A DNA stretch of 64,000 bases from Spirochaetia bacterium (lineage in GTDB: Bacteria; Spirochaetota; Spirochaetia; SZUA-6; Bin103), in contig OZ242313.1 in the NCBI GenBank assembly GCA_965208065.1, positions 1,349,171 to 1,413,170 of the forward strand. The letters run 5' to 3'. Positions within the stretch are counted from its first letter, which is position 1. Every line of letters starts with the position of its first letter. Position numbers and translations under genes: made by a program. Shown here piece by piece: positions 45,513 to 53,153 of the stretch. Below the pieces are notes generated by a model. That model saw nothing but the letters and a program-made list of their open reading frames with translations. It was not told the origin of the DNA and made no database searches.

Positions 45513-45540
45513 CAATCGAATTCAGAGCCGCGGCCGCACG

Positions 45541-45606
45541 TCCAGGTGATGCAGCGCCCGGTCCACGGCCAGGGACAGCCCCTCGTTGAAGCTGGGCTCC
45601 GCCGCC
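45541..45606 (-). pseudogene. Relic of a glutamate dehydrogenase 5' region (codons ~18-40 only)
   Basis: 60/66 nt are identical to 42791-42856 within the intact gdh. It encodes AAEPSFNEGLSLAVDRALHHLD versus ...RALRHLD in the intact gene. There is no start codon and a stop follows shortly after. Confidence 0.75.
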
Positions 45607-45619
45607 GCACCACGCGCAG

Positions 45620-45886
45620 CGCCAACTGCAACTGCTCGCGGCTCTGCCGCTTGTCGGCGGTCAGCCGTCGCGGGTGGCACCGGCGGGGACCAGGGAGTCC
45701 GATCGTCATTACGGCGAGATACGCAGTGAGTTGGAGCGCATCGGTCGCCCAATCGGGTACAACGATCTTCTGATCGCCGCGCACGCCCGGTTCTTGGGGG
45801 CAACGTTGGTTACGCACAACACCGTCGAGTTCAGACGTGTGCCGGGCTTGGTAGTGGAGGACTGGCTGGTCGACGGTCCCGGTTGA
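45620..45886 (+). pseudogene. 5'-truncated PIN-domain vapC relic (C-terminal half only)
   Basis: YGEIRSELERIGRPIGYNDLLIAAHARFLGATLVTHNTVEFRRVPGLVVEDW matches the C-terminal half of VapC/FitB-type PIN toxins. The N-terminal catalytic Asp region and any antitoxin gene are missing. The left boundary is approximate. Confidence 0.6.
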
Positions 45887-45899
45887 TCAGGAGTCGTCG
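45869..45899. repeat. Copy 1 of a perfect 31-bp direct repeat
   Basis: GTCGACGGTCCCGGTTGATCAGGAGTCGTCG is identical to 47114-47144. The flanking bases differ on both sides. Confidence 0.9.
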
Positions 45900-46067
45900 A
45901 TGGCCGGGGAAGTGCTTTCGCATCACCTCCAGCAACTGCAGGATCTCGCGCCGGCCCTGGATCATGCCCCTGGTGACCAAGGCGCGGTCGGTGCCGTCGA
46001 TGCCGTCCATGTGCAGCTGCAGGGTGTCCGGCTGGAATCCGGACGGGAATAGTGGTATACGGGTGAT

Positions 46068-46322
46068 ATGGGCGAGCCGCAAAGCAGGCGCGAACCGCAG
46101 GACCGTGTGGATTACCAGGATCGGCTGCGCGGTCTGGTCGCACGCTACGGTGCGGAGTGCTTGTGGGACCTCAAGGAAGATCCGGACCTGGGACAGGAAG
46201 CGGTGGCTCGTATGGTACTGCGCCGCATCGTGTCCTGCGGTGACCGCGCCGGATTCGTCGAAGCGCAGCAGCTCCTGCGATGGCTGTCACACAATTCCAG
46301 CGTTCCATCTGCCGGCTCATAG
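46068..46322 (+). CDS. Small hypothetical protein, possible antitoxin or partner of the downstream nucleotidyltransferase
   Basis: 84-aa ORF overlapping the NTase start by 43 nt. The segment ECLWDLKEDPDLGQEAVARMVLRRIVSCGD resembles, from memory, small proteins found upstream of AbiEii-type genes. Unverified. Confidence 0.4.
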   Translation: MGEPQSRREPQDRVDYQDRLRGLVARYGAECLWDLKEDPDLGQEAVARMVLRRIVSCGDRAGFVEAQQLLRWLSHNSSVPSAGS

Positions 46323-47131
46323 CCGACCAGCGAAAGCAATCGGGAGTCAGTTACGTTGCAGGCGGCGTAGCCCTCAATCTGCTCCTCGACGGAACCCGCC
46401 TGTCACGCGACATCGACATATTCCACGATGCGGAAGAAGCCGTGCACGCTTCGTTTGCAACTGATCGCCGGCTGTTGGAGCACGCCGGCTACTCGGTATC
46501 TACGCTGCGTGAACTACCCGGTTTCGTGGCGGCCGTCGTCGCCAAGTCGGGCGACGGCGTACGCATGGAGTGGGTTCGCGACAGTGCGTTCCGCTTCTTT
46601 CCGCTCATGGAGCATGAACAACTGGGACTGACGCTGCACCCCTTCGACCTGGCCACCAACAAGGTCCTGGCGATGGTCGGACGGCTTGAGGTGCGCGATT
46701 GGGTGGACGCAATCAACGCCGACCGCCGCCTGCAGCCGCTCGGCTACCTGCTGTGGGCCGCGTGCGGCAAAGACCCGGGGTACAGCCCCGGCTCGTTGCT
46801 CGCGCATGCTCGCCGCACGACGCACTATTCGGCAGTCGAAGTGGCGCAGCTCGAATTCGAGGGCGAGTCGCCGGATGCTCGCGCGCTTGCCTCCGAATGG
46901 CACGGAATGCTGGCCGAGGCTGCCGCGATCATCGACCTGCTGCCGCCGGAGGAGGCAGGCAACTGTGTATTGGACACCGAAAGCAGTCTGTTCACCGGCG
47001 GCAGCGGCCGGCTGCCCAGCGCGCTTGCACAACGTCAAATCCGTTTCCACGCGGGGTCGCTCGGCGGTGCCTACCCGCGGCTGGTGACCTGCGCGGCCCG
47101 GTCGCGCTACGGTGTCGACGGTCCCGGTTGA
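46280..47131 (+). CDS. AbiEii/DUF1814-like nucleotidyltransferase (type IV TA / abortive infection toxin family)
   Basis: VAGGVALNLLLDGTRLSRDIDIFHD matches the GG(T/V)AL...R-x-S-x-D-(I/L)-D NTase motif of AbiEii-like proteins. 283 aa. The last 6 codons lie inside the 31-bp repeat. Confidence 0.6.
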   Translation: MAVTQFQRSICRLIADQRKQSGVSYVAGGVALNLLLDGTRLSRDIDIFHDAEEAVHASFATDRRLLEHAGYSVSTLRELPGFVAAVVAKSGDGVRMEWVRDSAFRFFPLMEHEQLGLTLHPFDLATNKVLAMVGRLEVRDWVDAINADRRLQPLGYLLWAACGKDPGYSPGSLLAHARRTTHYSAVEVAQLEFEGESPDARALASEWHGMLAEAAAIIDLLPPEEAGNCVLDTESSLFTGGSGRLPSALAQRQIRFHAGSLGGAYPRLVTCAARSRYGVDGPG

Positions 47132-48891
47132 TCAGGAGTCGTCGTTCCAGGCTGCGTTGTAGTCGACGGAGCGCCGTTGGTCGCGCCGTCGACCGCGGAC
47201 CGGAACGACGCGACCACGTCGTCGAGGCCGTCGGCGGCGAAGCGAAAGTCGGCCGGTATCGACCGGTAGCGTGAGTCCACGCGGGCGAGCAACGCCTGCC
47301 TGCGGCTGTCGCAGCTGTCCCCATTCGTCCCGGGACCCGACACGGCCTCCCGGAACAGCGTCAACTCGGCTTCCAGGAAGTCCTTGAACGCTTGGAACAA
47401 CTGCTGGTGACGGGTGAACTTCTCGAAGTGATAGCCCAGCGCCGCCAGGCGGATCGCCTCCGCCAGCATGGATGGATGGTTCTTGGAGACCGTCGCGATG
47501 AACCTGCTGTAGGCCGGAATCTGGCCCGGGGAAAGGCGCCCGCGCACCATCATCAGCGCCGGGTAGACCTCGTGTGGACGCAGGGACGGAGTCACGTGCG
47601 GCAGCGGTTTCAGGTGCGTGAACAGCGTCAGGCAGCGCTCGAAGTAGTTCTCCAGGGAGGGGTCGTATACCGTGGAATTCACCCGCAGGTAGCCGTCGAG
47701 CAATTTCCTGGGGTCCATCTGCGGGACGAAGTTCAGGGCCGTGGTGCTGGTGCCGACGGCTACGTCCAGGAGCCGGTCTTCCGATTTCAACCGCGCGGAG
47801 AGGTCGGTTCCCGGCAGGGCGGTCAGCAACCCGACCAGCGCCATCGGAATGCCGGCGTCCTGAATGAATTTTACCTGAGAACCGAACACCCGCTCGTCGT
47901 CGCCGTCCAGCCCCAGGATGAATCCGCCCATCACCTGCATGCCCTTGTGCTGGATCTTGCGGACCGCGTTCAGCAGGTAGTCCGGTTCGCGGGTGCTGAT
48001 GTTCTGCGGTTTCTTGGTGATCGCCAGGGCTTCCGGGTTGGGCGTCTCGATGCCCAGGAACACGCCGTTGAAGCCGGCCTCTATCATCGCGTCCATCACC
48101 GAATCCATGCGCGCCAGGTTCACGCTCGCTTCGGTGAACAGCCGGAACGGAAACCCGTGCGTCTGCTGCCACTGCGCGATCGCCGGCAGCAGCTTCAGGG
48201 CATCGCGCTTGTTGCCTATGAAGTTGTCGTCGACCAGGAACAGGTAGCCGCGCCAGCCGAGCCGGTACAGCGCTTCGAACTCCTCGACCATCTGTTGCGG
48301 ACACTTGGTGCGGGGAACGCGGCCGTAGAGCTTGGTGATGTCGCAGAACTCGCAGTCGAACGGGCAGCCGCGCGAGAACTGCACGCACATGGCGTGGTAG
48401 TTCTGCAACTCGACGAGGTCGAAGCGCGGGATCGGCGTGCGCGTAACGTCGGGTTTGCGCGGCTCACGATAGATCGGCTTGGCTCTGCCTGCCTCGAGAT
48501 CCTGCAGGAACCGGGGGAAAGTCTCCTCCGCTTCGTCCAGAACGAAGTGGTCGACGCCCGCGATCTCTTCGTGGCACGAGGTCGGATAGGGCCCTCCGGC
48601 GACCACGGGAACGCCGGCGCGGTTGCAGCGCTCGATCACCGTGCGCAGGGACTCCCGCTGCACGATCATGGTCGACGTGAAAACCATGTCGGCCCAGTCG
48701 AGGTCGGCTGCCTCCAGGTCGGCGACGTTCATGTCGACGACCCGAAGCTGGTATTCGGGAGGAAAGATCGCCGCCACCGTGAGTAGCCCGAGCGGCGGGA
48801 ACGCGGCCTTCGCACCGAGCAACTCCAGGGCGTAGTCGATGCCCCAGTAGGAGGGCGGAAAGTCGGGGTAGACCAGCAGGGCTTTGCGCAT
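47107..48891 (-). CDS. B12-binding domain-containing radical SAM protein (DUF4070-type C-terminus)
   Basis: Start MRKALLVYPDFPPSYWG. The N-terminal region is B12-binding-like. The CxxxCxxC cluster is SRGCPFDCEFCDI. The long C-terminal domain ends in a Thr/Pro-rich tail. Confidence 0.8.
   Translation of the reverse strand: MRKALLVYPDFPPSYWGIDYALELLGAKAAFPPLGLLTVAAIFPPEYQLRVVDMNVADLEAADLDWADMVFTSTMIVQRESLRTVIERCNRAGVPVVAGGPYPTSCHEEIAGVDHFVLDEAEETFPRFLQDLEAGRAKPIYREPRKPDVTRTPIPRFDLVELQNYHAMCVQFSRGCPFDCEFCDITKLYGRVPRTKCPQQMVEEFEALYRLGWRGYLFLVDDNFIGNKRDALKLLPAIAQWQQTHGFPFRLFTEASVNLARMDSVMDAMIEAGFNGVFLGIETPNPEALAITKKPQNISTREPDYLLNAVRKIQHKGMQVMGGFILGLDGDDERVFGSQVKFIQDAGIPMALVGLLTALPGTDLSARLKSEDRLLDVAVGTSTTALNFVPQMDPRKLLDGYLRVNSTVYDPSLENYFERCLTLFTHLKPLPHVTPSLRPHEVYPALMMVRGRLSPGQIPAYSRFIATVSKNHPSMLAEAIRLAALGYHFEKFTRHQQLFQAFKDFLEAELTLFREAVSGPGTNGDSCDSRRQALLARVDSRYRSIPADFRFAADGLDDVVASFRSAVDGATNGAPSTTTQPGTTTPDQPGPSTP
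47114..47144. repeat. Copy 2 of the perfect 31-bp direct repeat
   Basis: Identical to 45869-45899. It spans the convergent 3' ends of the NTase gene (+) and the radical SAM gene (-). Confidence 0.9.
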
Positions 48892-49188
48892 GGCTAAGAA
48901 GAACCGCTCCGTTGGACCCACCGTACTACAGATCAACCGGCGTCGAAAGCACCCGCGGAGCTGCGGCGGCCACCGGCCAGGCGGGGAGCGCGGGGAGCCT
49001 CGTGCGTGTAGACCGGGGCGTGAGTGTGGCCCACACTGCGCGCAGCTGCGGGCCCTGACCGCCGCAGCCGCCCGCTCGCCCCCGAACCAATCAGTCGCGA
49101 CCCCGCTGCAGATCGCGGTGCTTTACGCTGGTTCGGCTCTCGATTACTCTTACCCTTCTTTCACTAATTCTTCCGAATAGGAATCATA

Positions 49189-50424
49189 TTGGCAAGACAC
49201 AATCCCTATGAAGCATTTCGCATCAGGGAATTTCGGTTATACGCACTGGGCTGGTTTGCCGCATTGGTCGGCACGCAAATTCAAAGTGCAGCCATAGGAT
49301 GGGAAATGTATGCGCGCACCGGGCAAGCACTCGCGCTCGGCCTGGTGGGTCTGGCAATTGCACTACCGACAATGATCCTCGCACTCCCCGCGGGTTATCT
49401 CGCCGACCGTTTTAACCGACGTACAGTCATGATGTTGAGCTTGACAGGCACGACATTAACCTCTCTGGGTCTTGCCGCAGTATCCTGGAAACAGGGACCA
49501 ATTGCCCTGATGTATGCGCTGCTCGTCGTCGATGCTGCAGTAACCGTACTCGGCGCACCTGCACGGCGCACAATTGTGCCCCAACTGGTACCGCGCGGAA
49601 TATTCCCCAATGCCGTGGCATGGAGCATGAGCTTGATGCAAATGGCGTTGGTAGTAGGACCCATGATCGGCGGCTTGATTGCCGCAGTTCATGTACCTGC
49701 AGCGTACCTGGCAAGTGCCGGATGTACAGGGTGGTTTCTATTGGTATTATCCCGATTGCGCGTACCGCCCGTAAAACGCGACAAGAATGCAGAGCGTGTT
49801 TCACCATTGCAAGATCTGCTGGGCGGGCTGGTGTTCTTGAAGAACAACCAATTGCTATTGTCGCTCATGGCCCTCGACATGTTCGCCGTGCTCCTGGGCG
49901 GAGCCGTGTATTTGTTGCCGATATACGCGCAAAGCATTTTGACTGTCGGATCCGGGGGATTTGGAATATTGCGCTCAGCACCCGCCGTGGGTGCCCTGCT
50001 AATGGCACTCACACTGGCACACCTGGCCCCGATGCAAAGAGCCGGCAGAAATCTGCTCCTCACCGTAGCCGGATTTGGCATCGCAACTGTCGTATTTGGA
50101 ATATCGAAAAACTTCTGGTTGTCATTTGCGATGCTCGTCTTGACCGGAGCATTTGACAACGTGAGCATGGTCATTCGCCACACACTCGTACAGTTGATCA
50201 CCCCCGATGCAATGCGCGGCAGGGTATCCGCTGTAAACGGCGTATTTGTAAGCGCGTCCAATGAACTTGGGGGTCTCGAATCTGGAGGCGTGGCGGAATT
50301 GTTTGGACCTGTATTCTCAGTCGTAAGCGGCGGCATCGGAACGCTCTTGGTAACCGGGATAACAGCAATAGCTTCCCCGCGGCTGAGAAAGGTAGGCGCA
50401 CTGGATGAAGTGGAGGAGGGCTAG
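49189..50424 (+). CDS. MFS transporter (MFS_3 / EntS-like subfamily)
   Basis: TTG start after AGGAA. ARHNPYEAFRIREFRLYALGWFAALVGTQIQSAAIGW is typical of MFS_3. About 12 TM segments. GC is visibly lower than in the neighbours. Confidence 0.8.
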   Translation: MARHNPYEAFRIREFRLYALGWFAALVGTQIQSAAIGWEMYARTGQALALGLVGLAIALPTMILALPAGYLADRFNRRTVMMLSLTGTTLTSLGLAAVSWKQGPIALMYALLVVDAAVTVLGAPARRTIVPQLVPRGIFPNAVAWSMSLMQMALVVGPMIGGLIAAVHVPAAYLASAGCTGWFLLVLSRLRVPPVKRDKNAERVSPLQDLLGGLVFLKNNQLLLSLMALDMFAVLLGGAVYLLPIYAQSILTVGSGGFGILRSAPAVGALLMALTLAHLAPMQRAGRNLLLTVAGFGIATVVFGISKNFWLSFAMLVLTGAFDNVSMVIRHTLVQLITPDAMRGRVSAVNGVFVSASNELGGLESGGVAELFGPVFSVVSGGIGTLLVTGITAIASPRLRKVGALDEVEEG

Positions 50425-51913
50425 CCCGGAGGCGGCGTTGCCGGCGATCGGGCGCGCGTTCGCCGCCGGCAGGCTGACGGCGGAACGGCTGGTGCAGCAC
50501 TGCCTGGACCGGATCGCGGCGTACGACCAGCGCGGGCCGCGCATCAACGCGGTGATCAACCTGAATCCGGAGGCCCTGGAGCGGGCGCGCGAACTGGACC
50601 GGGAACGGGCGCATGGAGGGCCGCGCGGCCTGCTGCACGGCATTCCGGTGGTGGTCAAGGACACCATCGACGTGGCCGGCATGCCGACGACCGGCGGATT
50701 TACGGCGCTGGCCGAGTCATTCCCGCGGCGCGACGCGGCGGCGGTCCGCCGGCTGCACGATGCGGGCGCGGTGGTGCTGGCCAAGGTCAACGCCAACGAC
50801 TGGTTCGGCAAGGCGCCGATGAGCGCCAGCACACTCGGCGGCCAGACCCTGAACCCGCATCACCTAAACTACGTGCCGGGCGGTTCGAGCTGCGGCACCG
50901 GGGCGGCGCTGGCGGCGAACTACGCGCCCCTCGGCCTGGGCACCGACGCCAGCGGCTCGGTGCTGATGCCGGCCGCCGACAGCGGCGTGCTGGGACTGAT
51001 CCCGTCGCGCGGGCTGGTGAGCCGCGCCGGCAGCATGTGCATGGCGCCCACCATCGGCCGCCTCGGCATCATGGCGCGCTCGGCATTCGACCTGGCCGCG
51101 GCGCTGTCCTGCCTCGCCGGCTGGGACCCGGAGGACATGACCACCACCGAGGCACTGGAGTGGTTTCCCCGCCAGCCCTACGAGTCCCAGCTTGCCGGCG
51201 CCAGCCTGGGCGCGTTCCGGATCGGCGTGCTGCGGGAAATGTGGCGCGACCTGCCGCGCCACGGCGAAGGCATCCGCATCATGGAGCAACTGCTGGGGGC
51301 GCTGCGCGCCACGGGCGCGATCATGGTCGATCCCGTGCTCACCGGCATCGACCTGCAGGATGTCGGCACCCTGGAAACGTGGCAGAGCTCCGCCACCTCC
51401 TACGAGCTGATCCCGGCCATGAACGCCTATTTCGCCCGCCTCGGACCCGACGCGCCTTACCGCACGGTCGAGCAACTCATCGACGTGGCAGGGGTGGATC
51501 AACTCAAGGGGAGATTCGGCGAGGCCCTGGCGCTGTCGCCGCCCGAGCAGAGCGACTACTACCTGGCGCGGCTGCAGGCGCAGGCGATGCTCCGCGACGC
51601 GCTGGTCGACGTGATAACTCGCCACCGCCTGCACGCGCTGCTGCTGCCCTACAGCCTGATCGGCGCCAGCCGGGTCGGGGAGCGGCGGGTCGACGGCACC
51701 AACAGCCTCGCGTCCCACGCCGGCCTGCCGTCGGTCGTGGTACCCGCGGGCCACACCGCGGCCGGCCTGCCACTCGCCGCCCAGCTCATCGCCCGCCCCT
51801 ACGCCGACACCACCCTCCTGCAACTCGCGCACCTGCTCGACCACGCCGCCGGCGCCGTGAAGCTGCCCGCGGCCACGCCCCCGCTCCCCGGGCAGTGCAG
51901 TTGTTTGCGGTGA
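50405..51913 (+). CDS. Amidase (amidase-signature family)
   Basis: GGSSCGTGAALA together with GLGTDASGS is the AS signature. Overlaps the MFS 3' end by 20 nt. Confidence 0.85.
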   Translation: MKWRRASPEAALPAIGRAFAAGRLTAERLVQHCLDRIAAYDQRGPRINAVINLNPEALERARELDRERAHGGPRGLLHGIPVVVKDTIDVAGMPTTGGFTALAESFPRRDAAAVRRLHDAGAVVLAKVNANDWFGKAPMSASTLGGQTLNPHHLNYVPGGSSCGTGAALAANYAPLGLGTDASGSVLMPAADSGVLGLIPSRGLVSRAGSMCMAPTIGRLGIMARSAFDLAAALSCLAGWDPEDMTTTEALEWFPRQPYESQLAGASLGAFRIGVLREMWRDLPRHGEGIRIMEQLLGALRATGAIMVDPVLTGIDLQDVGTLETWQSSATSYELIPAMNAYFARLGPDAPYRTVEQLIDVAGVDQLKGRFGEALALSPPEQSDYYLARLQAQAMLRDALVDVITRHRLHALLLPYSLIGASRVGERRVDGTNSLASHAGLPSVVVPAGHTAAGLPLAAQLIARPYADTTLLQLAHLLDHAAGAVKLPAATPPLPGQCSCLR

Positions 51914-51991
51914 CCGGGTCGGACACAGGCGTCGCTGTGGCTGTCGTCGTGTCGCCGCATGCCCAAGCCATGGTTGTCCGTACTGATCTGG

Positions 51992-52957
51992 CTATTCGCG
52001 CCAGAGCAGGAGGACGCCGAGGGCTTCCTCGGGGGAGTTCCAGAGGAAGTCGTAGGCTTCCTTGGCGCGGGTGTAGGGGAAGCGGTGGGTGATCATGCGG
52101 TCGGCCTGAATCCGGCCGCTCGCGATCATGGCCGCGGCGCGCAGCGCGATCTGCGACAGCGGCTCGTCCACCAGGATGCCGGCCACCAGGCGGCGGTGCA
52201 TGATCCTGGCGCTGTCCAGCGGCAGCGGGCGCTGCTGGTAGGCGGCGATCAACTGCAGGGTGCCGCGGCGGCGCACCATGTGCTGCGCCTGCTCGAACGA
52301 GCGCACGCCGTCGTAGCCGCCGACGCAGTCCACCACCAGGTCGGCGCCCGCACCGCCGGTCAGCTCCCCAATCGCCACGACCGGATCGTCCTGCGCGGGG
52401 TCGATCACCAGGTCGGCGCCCAGTTCGCGGGACAGCCGCTGGCGCAGCGGCAGCGGGTCGACGGTCACGATGCGCTCCGGCTGGCAGCCGCGCAGGATCT
52501 GCAGCATCAGGCTGCCCACCACGCCCTGGCCGAGGATCACGATGGTGTTGCCTTGGCTGGCGCCCGACGACGCGGCCCACGCCGTGGCTTCGGTAGCAAG
52601 CCGCATGAAGGTGGCCTGCTCGCTGGTCACGCCCGCCGGCAGCGGCACCAGGCGGGCATCGGTGGAGTCGGCGTCGCCTACCGCGTACTGGGCGTGCGGT
52701 GCGGTCACGAACACCCGCTGCCCGGCGCGGTACTCGCCGACAGCCGCTCCCACCCGTTCCACGGTGCCGGCGAGCGAGTAGCCCATGATGCGCTGCGGCA
52801 CCTCCTCTTCCTTTATGTAGCGCCGGAACAGCTCCGAGCCGCGGCTGATGAGGGTCGCCTCGGTTCGCACCAGCACCTGTCGCGGGCCGATGTCCGGGAT
52901 CGGCGCCTCCTGCAACTGGATGTTCCCGAACCCCTCCGGTTTCACGATTTGGATCAC
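51992..52957 (-). CDS. MDR-superfamily (alcohol dehydrogenase-like) oxidoreductase lacking canonical catalytic Zn ligands
   Basis: In-frame GTG 52957 after GGGAGAG (VIQIVKPEGFG...). Rossmann motif ILGQGVVG. The positions of the usual Cys and His Zn ligands read ISRGSE and GYSLAG. The ORF-track start at 53215 is likely too long. Confidence 0.65.
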   Translation of the reverse strand: MIQIVKPEGFGNIQLQEAPIPDIGPRQVLVRTEATLISRGSELFRRYIKEEEVPQRIMGYSLAGTVERVGAAVGEYRAGQRVFVTAPHAQYAVGDADSTDARLVPLPAGVTSEQATFMRLATEATAWAASSGASQGNTIVILGQGVVGSLMLQILRGCQPERIVTVDPLPLRQRLSRELGADLVIDPAQDDPVVAIGELTGGAGADLVVDCVGGYDGVRSFEQAQHMVRRRGTLQLIAAYQQRPLPLDSARIMHRRLVAGILVDEPLSQIALRAAAMIASGRIQADRMITHRFPYTRAKEAYDFLWNSPEEALGVLLLWRE

Positions 52958-53153
52958 GTCTCTCCCACGGTACCACACCGCCGCGCCACCCTGCTCATCG
53001 GTCCGCGGCAGCCGCCGTGGCCGCCCGCAGCCGCCCGCAGCCGCGCCGGCGGTTTGACGGCAGGCGGCGGTGTGAGTACGATGATGTTCGCGCCGCACCG
53101 GGTCCGGTGCGGCGAAATCAACAAGCGCAATAGCTATTTTCCAAGGAGGAAAT

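Noticed and set aside
45831-46082. 83-aa ORF on the - strand between the vapC relic and the AbiEii-like cassette
   Set aside because: It overlaps the vapC relic and the first 31-bp repeat, and has no motif or RBS. It is probably spurious, although the 170 nt at 45900-46067 remain unexplained.
45869-47144. 31-bp direct repeats as target-site duplications of an IS or transposon
   Set aside because: No transposase or integrase and no terminal inverted repeats lie between them, and 31 bp is much longer than typical TSDs. I kept this as a finding but not as a mobile_element feature.
47107-48891. Radical SAM gene as the anaerobic sulfatase-maturating enzyme for the sulfatase at 8741-10072
   Set aside because: The architecture is B12-binding N-terminal domain plus a DUF4070-like C-terminus. 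I see no SPASM-type additional Cys clusters, and the gene lies 37 kb away on no common operon.
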